64,000 nucleotides of DNA from Octopus vulgaris (taxonomy: Eukaryota): assembly GCA_951406725.2 (NCBI GenBank), contig OX597830.1, positions 33,914,001 to 33,978,000 on the forward strand. Reading direction: 5' to 3'. The number at the start of each line of letters is the position of its first letter. The first letter of the stretch is position 1. Positions 12,226-24,358 of the stretch are shown here, piece after piece. Made by a program: the position numbers and the translations under genes. Below the pieces are notes generated by a model. The model worked only from the letters and a program-made list of their open reading frames with translations. It did not search any database and was not told where the DNA came from.

Positions 12226-13150
12226 ATGATGATGATGATGATGATGATGATAACAAACGGAACCTAACAATGTCAACAGGAAATATGATAATGCTGATAG
12301 TGGTGATGATGATGATGGTGGTGGTGGTGGTGATGATGATGATGATGATGATAATTACAGCATGAATGATACGTAAAATAATGACGATGATGGTAATAGA
12401 AACAATAATAATTTCTTTTTTTCCTCTTCATCAGTGCAACAACAATTTAGCTGAATGAAATCCACATTGACAACAAAAATAATAAGGATGCTGAAGGTGA
12501 TGATGATAATTATTATTTCTATAACTATCATTATCCTTAGTATCATCCTCATCACCACCACCACCACCACCACCACCACCACCACTATCATCACCACCAT
12601 CATCACCACCATCATCATCATCACCACCACCATCACCACCACAACCACCATCGTCATTATTATTATTATTATTATTATAATTATTATTATTATTATTGTT
12701 ATTGTTATTATTATTGTTATTATTTGTCATGTTTATCAGTTTTGTTAATAGTAGTATTAATCATAGCGTTTACAAGCTGAAAGACAATAGCGGAATAAAG
12801 ATTAATAATAAAAATGAAAACCAATAATGATGATGATGATGATGATGATGATGACTGTGAAGATGGTGACGATAATGACAATAAAGATATTGATGACGAT
12901 GACAAGGAGGAGGAGAACAACGACATTGATGATGATGATGATGATGATGATGATGTTTGTGGTGGTGATGATGATGATGATGATAGTGGTGGTGGTGGTG
13001 GTGGTGGTGGTGGTGGTGGTGGTGGTGATGATGATAGTGGTGGTGGTAATGATGATGATGATGATGATGATGACTAATGATGATGATGATAGTGGTGGTG
13101 GTGATGATGAGGATAATAGTGGTGGTGGTGATGATGATGGTGATGATGAT
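12226..13150. repeat. Compound (GAT)n/(GGT)n/(CAC)n/(ATT)n trinucleotide tracts
   Basis: Direct reading; source of the poly-D, poly-G, poly-H and poly-M ORFs. Confidence 0.9.
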
Positions 13151-14448
13151 GAAAATAGTGTCTCCTCTCAAAAGTGTGAGATTTCCTCCTCTTTAGTGTT
13201 ATGATTGACTCTATTCATTTTCGCTTTTGAAGATCTGATATGATTATTGTCAAGCCAAAATATGTATCTTGAGATATTAGAATTGTGAAGCAATGGAAAA
13301 GAGTATGGTAAAAGTAAGAAAGAACACAAGAGATTCCATTGAATGATATTTAGTTCCTGTGTTCTTTGATTATCCTTCTCAAAGGAAGCCATACAACAGT
13401 TTCATTAAATTGCAGTTCCTATAAAATCCGTTTTTTTTTATAAACGAGATTTTGAGACTAATAACTTAAGTTTACTTGTTCTCTGCAGTTGAAAAATTCT
13501 TTTGTAATTTTTCTCTTTTTCTTTGTTTGTGTATTCTTCATGTGCTTGTGTGTGTGTGTATGTGTGTGTGTGTGTGTGTGTGCATTGAACATATAGATAC
13601 AATGTAATAATAATATTTTCTAATAACTGTTATAGAAACATTGTCGTCGTTATTTTTACTATTAAATGGTGCACGCCTGTGTGTATATATGTGTGTCTGT
13701 GTACATATGTGTGTACATGTGTATGCATGTGTGAGTATATATGTGTGTGTACATGACGCATATATACACATATATATATACATATATATATATATACACA
13801 TATATATATATACATATATATGGCTGTCTACAAATAGCATAATTATTTTGTAAATTCATAAGCACCTATATTTGCATATGTATTTTTGCTGATACATGTG
13901 TACGTGTAATGTTTATATATATATATATATATAGATAGATAGATAGATAGATAGATACACAAAAAGAGAGAGAGAGAGAGAGGGAGTGTAAGGGATATAC
14001 ACCCACATATACACATATGCATGGTTTGATGTGCATAAATTCATAAATATATTTGTAGATTTTGTTAATATATAAATACTTCTAAAACTGGCATCTATGA
14101 AAATATAGCTGACATCATCATCATCATCATCATCATCATCACCACCACCACTGCCACAACTACTAGAATCTTGCATTCATTTGGCTACGCTCACATGCTT
14201 TGCTCCTTGTTGTGGTCCTTTGTTAATTAACCTCCTTCTTAATGTCCAACTGTCTGAGATTAGATTTTAGCACTTTTACACAACTGTCATGCTTCCTAAG
14301 CATCACCTGTCTCTACCAGCTCAGTTCTTCTCTCATACACATTAGCACTAGTTCCCCCCTCATGCATTTGTTATTTTTTAACCCTCAGCTCACATTACAC
14401 ATCCAGTGGAGTTTGTTCATCTCATTACTTTCCATCCTTTATAAATTA

Positions 14449-14850
14449 GGCACAGGAGTGGCTGTGTGGTAAGTAGCTTACTTACGAACCACATGGTTCC
14501 GGGTTCAGTCCCACTATGTGGCACCTTGGGCAAGTGTCTTCTACTATAGCTTCAGGTCGACCAAAGCCTTGTGAGTGGATTTGGTAAACAGAAACTGAAA
14601 GAAGCCCGTCGTATATATGTATATATATATGTGTGTGTGTGTCTATGTCTGTGTTTGTCCCATGAACATCGCTCGACAACCTATGCTGGTGTGTTTACTT
14701 TCCCATCACCCAGCGGTTTGGCAAGAGAGCCCAGTAGAATAAGTACTAGACTTACAAAGGATAAGTCCTAGGATCGATTTTCTTGACTAAAGGCGGTGCT
14801 CCAGCATGGCCGTTGTCAAATGACTGAAAAAAATAAAAGAATAAAAGAAT
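14449..14850 (+). mobile_element. SINE family A (full length)
   Basis: Colinear with 3801-4179. Confidence 0.9.
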
Positions 14851-15272
14851 ATACACATTCAATGTTCAGATTTCTACCAGTAGAGATAATAGGTTCCTGA
14901 ATGTTCTTTACTTTATGCTTACATTGGTTGCCTTGCTTTTGGAACTTCCTCTCCGCTGCTAATTTGGTCCTCTTGGTAATGAAAACAATCAGCTACTTCT
15001 AAGGAATTCTCTGTACATTTCAAAGAATTTGATTCTAATTTTTTTTAGAGTTCATTCTGCTCCTTACCCATGTGCTTCTGCTATCTACAAAGAACTTTTC
15101 TGTCAGTTTCTCATTGCATCTCATTGCATCTTATTGCATCTCTTGCATCTGCATAGTTTCCACCGACTACACTTGCTACTTCTCACTCCTTTCTTGCATA
15201 TCAAGCATGGCCATTCCCCCAGAGGGTAGTAAAGTCCTTTTTTTCTTTCCAGTATACTAAAAATATGCCCAC

Positions 15273-15564
15273 GGGCATATGGCATAGTGGTTAAGAGCAC
15301 GGGCTACTAACCCGAACATTCTGAGTTTGATTCCAAGCAGTAACCTGAACAACAACAACAACAATAATAATAGTAGTAATAACATTAAAAAATACCTTAG
15401 GAATGAGAACCCAGGTTCACAATTTCCCCAAGACACCTGATGAAGGCTGGAGGGTATATCAGCTGAAATGTTGTGTTAACAACAAACAAGATGAGGACAA
15501 ATATCATCAAATGTAAATAATATAAATAATGTACATAATTCCTCATCTCTTAAATATAGAATTG
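15273..15564 (+). mobile_element. tRNA-headed SINE-like element carrying a minimal hammerhead motif
   Basis: A-box TGGCATAGTGG (15280-15290), anticodon-like stem-loop CGGG-ctactaa-CCCG (15300-15314), B-box-like GAGTTTGATTCC (15323-15334), (AAC/AAT)n linker, then the HHR at 15432-15477. Confidence 0.7.
15432..15477 (+). ncRNA. Minimal type I hammerhead ribozyme motif
   Basis: GACAC-CTGATGA-A-GGCTGG-agggtata-TCAGCT-GAAA-TG-TT-GTGTT: stem I GACAC/GTGTT, stem II with G.U pairs, stem III AATGTT (AACGTT before CpG decay). Confidence 0.65.
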
Positions 15565-15860
15565 TAGAAGTATTTTATCTTTGTTATCCTTATACTTACT
15601 TTAAAACCCTTTCTTTTAAAGTTTTACTCCTTTAAATACCTTCTTAAACCCTATCATTAAAATAAGGAAAAATACACTGAGAATGTGAAATGTTTATAGG
15701 TAGAACGTCTTTTATCATAGGTCTGCTAATTTTGGACTGACCTAGGTTGGTTTGAATACTAACATATTAATACGAATGGCCCAGATGATTGAGTTGAAAC
15801 AATACTTCTAACCAAACATTTAATCCTGTTCTCTTGTTTCTATACAGTCATCTTGTTTGC

Positions 15861-16230
15861 CATCATCATTTAACGTCCGCTTTCCATGCTAGCAAGGGTT
15901 GGACGATTTGACTGAGGACTGGCAAGCCAGATGGCTGCACCAGGCTCCAATCTTGATCTGGCAGAGTTTCTACAACTGGATGCCCCTTCCTAACGCCAAC
16001 CACTCCGAGAGTGTAATGGGTGCTTTTACGTGCCACCGGCACGAGGGCCAGTCAGGTGATACTGGCAATGGTCACGCTCAAGTGGTGTTTTCTATGTGCC
16101 ACCTGTACAGGAGCCAGTCCAGCAGCACTGGCAATGACCTTGCTCGAATGTTTTTCATATGCCACTGGCAGAAGTGCCAGTAAGGTGATGCTGGTAATGA
16201 TCACTTTTGAATGGTGCTTTTTACATGCCA
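15861..16230 (-). mobile_element. Family B element with internal tandem subrepeats
   Basis: Family B body followed by about four degenerate units of roughly 65-70 bp (tttt.atgtgccac.ggca...ctggcaatg). Confidence 0.8.
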
Positions 16231-17031
16231 TATGTATTCATTTACTCATTCATTTACTTGTTTCAGTCATTTGACTGCAGCCATGCTGGACCATTGGTCA
16301 CTCTATGACTGGACATGTATTTAACAGACGTTAAACAATGATGATGATGGTACATGACCAGTCTACAGTGCCACAGTTCCACCAAGATTGAGATCAGAAT
16401 CTTGTATCTTGCAAAACGAATTCCTTAACCATACATGCATTCACATTTCCTTATTTCCTTTATTTCCTTTCTTTCATATCCTTCATTCCATATTTCTCTT
16501 ATTCTTCCTTTCTTTCATACCTTAAATTCATTCTTTACCTTTCTTCTGTTAGTCATGTATTTATTCTCCTTCACAACTAACATTCCTCAAACTACTGTCT
16601 CTTGTCTTACCTGTCTAACCCTCTCTCTCTCTTTTACCTTCATTGTTTTAATAATTGTTCTCTATTTCTTGTATTTTTTACTCTTGTTTGTTTTATTTCT
16701 TTATATCATATTTGAGTTTTGTTCTTTTTATTTCACTTCATAAGTTGGCCACCTTTTTTTCTTTCCCCATGAACAGGAACTAGTTACTATATGTGTCTGT
16801 CTGTATGTCTATCTCAGTCTCTCTCCGTCTCTCTCTCTCTCTCTCTCCTTTTTTATATTTAATCTTTTCACACAATCTTTCTTTTTTTCTCACTCTTTCT
16901 TATTTTTCTCTACTCCACCCCCCCAAGTATTATTTATTTTACTCACTCCCACCATGCCATCCACTTACTAAAGAGTCACCAAGCACTCCCTTTCTTCTCA
17001 CACTGTCTCTCTGTCATATGATTATTATTAC

Positions 17032-17094
<63 letters not shown>

Positions 17095-17999
17095 GCTTTT
17101 CCTCTGCCTTCTTCTCTCTTACCTTCCCTCTTTCTCCTTAGTTTCCTCTCACCTCCAGCATCACATCCTTCACACACCACCACCCCTAGCTCCCTCTCTC
17201 TGACCCACCACATTTCCCATACCCTGCACTGCCTCCTGATGCCACATCCAACCACCACCACCATCACCACCACCAAACCACCACCACCACCACCCTGTTA
17301 ATCCAGCTAGCAAGTCTTAAGTCAAACAGCAGCAGATGAAGTTGTGCAGTGAAGTGTGACAGAAGACACAAGTGATTAGTGCAAGATTTCTTCATGGGTC
17401 AATGCAGGCTAGTAGTGGTTCCAATGGTTCTTTTCTAAGCAGTGCCATGTTTGCCAGAAACTTCTCTCACCCCACCACTTCCTCCCCCCTCTCTCTCTCT
17501 TCTTCTCTTTTTACCCAAGTTCTTTCTTGTCTTGTCATGTCTGTCTTGTCATATTTCTTTCTCTCACTCTCTCTCTCTCTCTCTCTCATATACACATATT
17601 GTCTGCTGACATCCACCAGGCCATAATAAACCACCACCAGCCCCACCATCACACCCACCATCACACCCACCACCACACCCACCACCACCACCACCACCAC
17701 ACAAGACTCAAATGGAAAAACAATGTGTTCTTGTCCACAAATCTCACCTTACATACCCAAACCTGCCCCCTCCCTCCACTGTCACCCACACTCTTCCTAT
17801 TTTCACTTTTTCTCTCTCCTTTTTGCTTGCATTTTTTCTTCAATTACATATGTCGTGTGTGTGTGTGTGTGTTTGTGTATATATATATTATATGTAGAAA
17901 AATACAAACTGAGACAAGAACGTAATATATACACACACACCTGTATATACATACACGCACACACACACACATATATATAGACAAAATATATATACATAT

Positions 18000-18030
<31 letters not shown>

Positions 18031-18695
18031 ATACATGCACACACACACATATATAATAGACATTATTTATATATATACATATATATATACACACACACAT
18101 ATATAATAGACATTATTTATATATATACAGATATATATATATATATATACAATAGACTATATATGTTTACACACACACACACACATATATGTATGTATGT
18201 ATGTATTCTTTTTTGTTATTTATTGTCCACTTTCCTTGAGACAGTTGTATTCTGTTTTACCTTTAACTTCTTTTGTCTTGTCTATTTTTCTACTTTTTCC
18301 TTAGCTCTTACCCCCTCTCTCTCTCTCATTTTCTCCCACTATCTCTCTCTCTCTCTCTCTCTGTATCTCTCTCATTGTATCTCTCTCTCTCTGCATCTCC
18401 CTCAGTCCTTCTATGTTTATTCCTGTTTCTTCTGTGTCATAAATTTTCTCCTTTATTTGCTACTTGTCTCAGTCGTTGGGCCACGGCCACGCTGGGGCAC
18501 CACCATGAAAGGTTTTAGTCAATCAAATCAACCCCCAGTTCTTATTGTCTTAAGCCAGGTTCTTATTCTGTCTGTCTCTTTTGCCAAGTCGCTGAGTTAC
18601 AAGGATGTAAATGAACTAACATTGGTTGTCAAGCAGCTGCCAAGGACAAACACAAACACACACACACACACACACATATATACATATATATATAT

Positions 18696-18902
18696 AGTTA
18701 ATCCAAGCAAGAAAACACCAAAAAAAAAAACACAACAACGCTAGGACATGGAACAAATATAGTATTATTGGACGCTCAGGAAAGAAGGAAAGAAGGAGGG
18801 TTTAACGTTTCGAGCGGAGCTCTTCGTCAGAAACATAGGAGAAGGAAAGATCCAGAGAAGGGAAGACAGAGGAAAAAAAATCGCCAACGGTACACACGAG
18901 GT

Positions 18903-18905
<3 letters not shown>
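18696..18905 (-). mobile_element. Short non-autonomous Penelope-type repeat with intact minimal hammerhead
   Basis: Inserted between (TA)n tracts, has a paralog at 1998-2200, and contains the HHR at 18800-18834. Confidence 0.7.
18800..18834 (-). ncRNA. Minimal type I hammerhead ribozyme motif (intact core)
   Basis: Minus strand: GTTT-CTGACGA-A-GAGC-tcc-GCTC-GAAA-CG-TT-AAAC. Stem I GTTT/AAAC, stem II GAGC/GCTC, palindromic stem III AACGTT. Confidence 0.75.
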
Positions 18906-18958
<53 letters not shown>

Positions 18959-19051
18959 CATACACATACACATACACACATATATATAGAGAGAGAGAAT
19001 GAGAGAGATGACAGGCTTCTTCTAGTTTCTGTCTACCATTCCTACTCACAT

Positions 19052-19233
19052 GTGGAGGTATGTAGCTTAGTGGTTAGGATGTTGAACTCATGATCATAAG
19101 ATCCTGGTTTCAATTTCTGGACTGGTCAATACATTGTGTTCTTCAGCAAAACACTTCATTTCACATTGCCCCAATCCACTTCACTGGCAAAAGTGAGTAA
19201 TCCTGCAACAGACCAGCATCCTATCCAGATGGG
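19052..19233 (+). mobile_element. CORE-like tRNA-derived SINE (family E-type head); second copy at 19792-19963
   Basis: tagcttagtggttag...ggtttcaattt head followed by ttgtgttcttcagcaaaacacttcatttcac (CORE-like block). Confidence 0.7.
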
Positions 19234-19240
19234 AAATATA

Positions 19241-19740
19241 TCATCATCATCATCATCATCATTTAACGTCCGTTGTCCATGCTGGCATGGGTTAGATGGT
19301 TTGACTGGGCTGGCATGCTGGAAGACTGCACCAGGCTCCAGTCTGATTTGGCATGGTTTTCTACGGCTGGATGCTCTTCCTAATGCCAACCACTCTAAGA
19401 GTGTAATGGATAGTTTTATTTGCCACCAGCACAGGTGCCATTTGTGTGACTCCTGTATTTGCCACGACTGCAATTTTGCTTGGCTTGATGTGCCCTCTCA
19501 AACACAATGTAATGCCAAAGGTCTTGGTCATTGCCTTCATAAGGCCCACACAGTATGTTATCAAGAAGCAACAGCAATCTGATTCGAGGTTCGCTCTCAG
19601 AGGAATGGGGTCATTGCCTCCATAAGGCCCAACACTCATAAGGAACTCAGCCACTTTGCCCTCATGGGGGTGGAGCCTATTGCTCGAAAGGAACTCAGCT
19701 ACTTTGCCTCCATGAGGCCCAACACACAAAGAAACTCATA
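19241..19740 (-). mobile_element. Family B element with internal gcctccataaggcccaac subrepeats
   Basis: (CAT)n-tttaacgtccg body plus repeated subunits at 19530-19725. Confidence 0.75.
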
Positions 19741-20149
19741 CGAAACTGGGAAACTGAGCCCTTATGACTCAAGAAGGTCACTTTACCCTTTTGTGGAGGC
19801 TCATGACTTAGTGGTTACAGTATTGGACTTATGATCATAAGGTTGTGGTTTCAATTCCTGGACTGGGCAACACATTGTGTTCTTGAGCAAAACACTTCAT
19901 TTCAAGCTGATCCACTGGCAAAATGAGTTATCCTGTGAGGAACCGGTGTCTGATCCAGATAGGTATTAATCCAGTATTGATCTTCATACACTAAAATACT
20001 AGATGTTAACATATTTCTTATCTCTATAGGGAATATGTGAATATCTTTTGTTCTAGGTTGAACAGTTTGAAAGGGGTTTTTGTCAACCCTAGTACTTAGA
20101 AAATAACTATTTGTAAATTTCACAATGAGAGATATTCAGCAACAGTACT

Positions 20150-20508
20150 TTGGAGTAAAGATTGTTTGCCAACATAACATGGCAGTCCTGGTTTGGGATG
20201 AATGTTACTGTAATTTAGCCCCAGGAATGGGGTCATTGCCTCCATAAGGCCCGACGCTCAGAAGAAACTCAGCCGCTTTGCCCTCACAAGGGGCTCAATG
20301 CTCGAAAGGAACTCAGCCACCTTGCCTCCATGAGGCCCAACACTGCTGGCTATACGACATGATTTTTGTCCTTATATTTTCGAAAATATAATGACACAGA
20401 TCATGTCGTATAGCCAGCTGGAGAAGATGTCTCCTGGGGCTAAATTACAGCAACATTCGTCCTAAACCAGGACTGCCATGTTATGTTGGCAAATAATTTT
20501 TACTCCAA
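20150..20508. mobile_element. Foldback (palindromic) MITE interrupted by a 118-bp insertion
   Basis: 77-bp inverted arms at 20150-20226 and 20432-20508 (5 mismatches by eye); inner palindrome 20345-20418 centred on TATATTTTCGAAAATATA; flanking direct repeat caacagtact/ccacagtact. Confidence 0.85.
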
Positions 20509-21042
20509 CCACAGTACTTATTTTTTAAAGCACGGTATTCATTTTATCGGTCACCTTTGCTGAAGCACTATATCATCACAGGAACATAAACAAACCAACA
20601 CCGGTTACCAAGTGGTAGTGTGGACAAGCAAAGACATAAAGACACACACTCACATGTGTGCATGCACACACACACATGCTCACATGTACACAGCAGACTT
20701 CCACACCATGGAAGCAAAAAAACCAGCCCTTATGAATCAGCAAGACTCGAGGGGGGAAACTTTATCGTTTTTTTTATAACCATTCATAAGACTTTGGCAG
20801 CTCTGGAGCTATTGTAGATGACTTTTGGCCTATGTGCCATGCAATGGGACTGAACCTGGGACCATGTGGTTGGGAAGCAAAATTCTTACTGCATACTCAT
20901 ATCTATTTCTTCATTTTTCTCTTTCATACCCCGCTCTTTCTTTCCCTCTTTTCATTTTATTTTCTATCTATTTTTTGCCTTCAATTTCTCTTTCTGTCAC
21001 TTTCTTTCTTGCTTTTCTCTCTTTTACTTCCCTTTTTTATGT

Positions 21043-21645
21043 ATTCTTTTATCCTTTTATTCTTTTACTTGTGTCAGTCATTTGGCTGCGGCCATGCTGG
21101 AGCACTGCCTTAAAGGGTTTCAGATAAAGAAATCGGCCCCAGATTCTTTGTAAGCTTTGTACTTATTCTATTGATCTCTTTTGCTGGAATGCTAAGTTAC
21201 AGGGACATAAACACACCAACATCAGTTGTCAAGCAATGGTGGAGAAGCAAACACAGACATGGATACAAAGACACACATACATAAACACATGCATATATAT
21301 GTGTATGCATGTGTGTGTGTATACAACAGGCTTCTTTTAGTTTCTATCTACCAAATCCACTCATAAGGCTTTGGTTGGCCTGAGGCTCTAGTAGAAGACA
21401 CTAACCCAAGGTGCCACACAGTGGGACTGAACCTGGAACCATCTGTTTGGGAAGCAAGCTACTTACCACACAGCCACGCAATATATATATATATATGACA
21501 GACTTCTTTCAGTTTCTACCAAACCTACTCACAAAGCTTTGGTCAGCCCTAGGTTATAGTAGGAGACATTTCCCAAAGGTGCCACATAGTGGGACTGAAC
21601 CCAGAACCATGTGTTTGGGAAGCAATCTACTTGCCACACAGCCAC

Positions 21646-21696
<51 letters not shown>

Positions 21697-21858
21697 GTAT
21701 GACAGGCTTCTTTCAGTTTCTCTCTACTAAATCCACTCATAAGGTTTTGGTTATCCCAAGGCTATAGTAGGAGACATTTGCCCAAGGTGCTGCACAGTGG
21801 GACTGAATCCAGAACCATGTGGTTGGGAAGCAAGCTTCTTACCACGCAGCCATGCCTG
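21043..21858 (-). mobile_element. SINE family A full copy (21043-21479) plus two tandem extra heads (21495-21648, 21699-21858)
   Basis: Three successive gacaggcttctttcagtttc...accacacagccac units, each preceded by (TA)n. Confidence 0.85.
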
Positions 21859-22550
21859 TACCTGTATAGTGCTCTTTCTTTATTTTTCTCTTTCACACTT
21901 CTTCGTTTCCCCACCCCAACTATTTTTACAATTCTATATTTATCTTCTTTCACTCGTTTCAGTCATTGGACTGTGGCCATGCTGGGGCATCATTTTTGAG
22001 GGTTTAACTGCACAAATCGATCCTAGTACTTGTACATATTCTATCAGTTTCTTCAGCAAAAACAAAAAAAAAACCATTATTGGGACATAAACAAACCAAC
22101 ACCTTAACAGTAAAAACACTTAAATATGTAAATAAATTAATTCAAATGCATAGAGAATTCTTTAGATGTATCTGATTGTTTACATTAGAAAGGGAACCAA
22201 ATCAGCCATGATGAGGGGGTTCTAAATACATTGTGATAAAGTAAAGAACATTCAAGAACCTATTACCTCTGTTGGCAGAAACATGATCAAACCATTAAAT
22301 CTTAATCCAGCATTGATCTTCATACACTAAAATAGTAGATGTTAACATATTTTTTTATCTCTGTAAGGAATATGTGAATATCTTTTGTTCTAGGTTCAAC
22401 AGTTTGAAAGGGCTATTGTCAACCCCAGTACTTATTTTTTAAAACCTGGTATTTTATTGGTCTCTTTTGCTGAGACACACTCACACATGTGCATGTACAC
22501 ACACACACACACATGTACATGACAGAATTCCATACAGTTTCTATCTAGAT

Positions 22551-22818
22551 GCCACTTAAAAGCACCCAGTCTACACTGAAAAGGGGTTGATGTTCGGAAG
22601 GGCATCCAGTTGTAAAAACCTTGCCAAAACTGACCTCGCCTGTGCTTGTGCCACCTAACAAATACTAACTCCTGTCTCCAGAGTGGTTGGTGTTAGGAAG
22701 GGCATCCAGCCATAAAAATCCAACCAAAACAGTCACAGAGGTCTGGTGCAGGCTCTTGCCTGTCTGGTTTTTGTGAAACCATCCCACCCATGCTAGCATT
22801 GAAGGTGGACGATGATGA
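22551..22818 (+). mobile_element. Family B element with duplicated ggaagggcatccag module
   Basis: ggaagggcatccag occurs twice (about 22596 and 22696); ends ggacgatgatga. Confidence 0.7.
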
Positions 22819-23278
22819 TAAATTCACTCACAAGATATTGGTGGTCATTCTGAGACATTAGTAGAAGACACTTTTGCCTGAGGTGCCCTGAAGTGGGACT
22901 GAACCCAAAGCTGCATGATTCAGTCCCAATGTGTATGTCTAATACTAAATGGCTGAAGTTCAATGACTGAAGCAAGTAAATAATAAAAGATAAATTTGAG
23001 ATTTATTATGAATTTGTGATAAAAATCATTTGTCCAAGATGTCATGCAGTAGGATTGAAACCATAACCTTATGAAAAGAAGGAAACTTGCTAACCATTAA
23101 GTCACACTATATTTACATATACTTTGTTGTCAAGGGCTCATTGATAGTTTTACCCATTCCTGGTTTTCTGTCAATTATGAGGTTTTCAGTTGATCCTATC
23201 ACTGGAACATCCTGTTCATGAAATTAGCATGCAAGTGGCTGAGTACTCCACAAACATCCCAGGAAAAATTTAATATGA

Positions 23279-23424
23279 AAGGCATTAGGAAGGACATCTA
23301 GCTGTAGAAACTTTGCCAGGTTAGATTGGAGCCTGGTGCAGCCGTCTGGCTCACCAGTCCTCAGTCAAACCATCCAACTCATGCCAAGATGGAAAGAGGA
23401 CGTTAAACGATGATGATGATGATG
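23279..23424 (+). mobile_element. Family B element 3' part
   Basis: ttaggaaggacatctagctgtagaaac...ggacgttaaacga(tga)n. Confidence 0.8.
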
Positions 23425-23729
23425 ACATTGAATGTGACAAAACTGGTCCACCAAGCAACAGGTACAACTCATTTTTACCAGCTGAATTGACTGGAACAAT
23501 ATGAAGCAAAATATCTTGCTCAAGGAGCTTAATGTGCCATCAGAAATTGAACTCGTGACCTTTCAATCATGAGCTGAATACCCTAACCACAAAACCACGT
23601 CTTCACAACCATACAAATGTTTGAGTTTTAGTCATACAAATATTTGTAACGGATGCACTCCTTCGTTGTAATGTATTGTTATTTGATTCTGATGGGACAA
23701 CAGCAAAAATGAGAAGTCAGTCTATACAC

Positions 23730-24030
23730 ACTTTGGTTTACTGTTTGCAGGAATGTATACTGGGATGTACTTGCATAGCAAGTGACCTGATCTGAGATCA
23801 CGTGCTAGAATGAAAACAATTGCAGTGTGGAAGATGTTTATAAGCCATTTAAGAAACACACAAAAACCGTTAGATTCACTTCAACATTTAAATTTAATTT
23901 GCCAAAATATTTTCGTCGCTTTGAGACCGCAACCTGTTCACCGACAAAATTCCATGCTGCACAGGATTTTGTCAGGGAACAGGTTGTGGTCTCAAAGTAA
24001 TGAAAATATTTTGGCAAATTAAATTTAAAG
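23730..24030. mobile_element. Penelope-type short repeat ending in a head-to-head inverted duplication of the G3-C8 hammerhead-like motif
   Basis: 23870-23950 matches 2868-2947; 23887-23950 is an inverted repeat of 23966-24029. Confidence 0.65.
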
Positions 24031-24140
24031 GATGTATACTACTTTGTTGTAAAGCTCATTAATTATTGTTCGATGCCTGCATCTAATTTTCTTTTTTATC
24101 CAGAAAATATTTGAAGGTAACCCAAATATATTCTATTTAA

Positions 24141-24358
24141 CCCTTTTGTTACTGTATTTATTTTGAGATGCTCTGTGTTTCTTTCAATTACTTTAAATAT
24201 GACAAAGAATTTAGTAAAATAACTTAGTTATCATTCAGTTAATGTTAGGAACATAAATTGTGACTAAGATCTGGTGGAAGATTTTAATTCAAAACTTATG
24301 AAAACAAGACATTTGTACTAAAGAGCCAGAGGCGGTTTCAGCCAGGTTGGTAACGAAA
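24141..24358. mobile_element. piggyBac-like MITE with truncated right end
   Basis: TTAA then CCCTTTTGTTAC at left; the partial complement GTAACGAAA at right lacks the terminal GGG-TTAA. Confidence 0.5.

Noticed and set aside
12728-12742. 15-mer CATGTTTATCAGTTT shared with 58046-58060
   Set aside because: A 15-bp match is expected by chance in 64 kb of AT-rich DNA.
12355-13204. Poly-His, poly-Asp and poly-Gly ORFs
   Set aside because: Trinucleotide microsatellites without splice or coding context.
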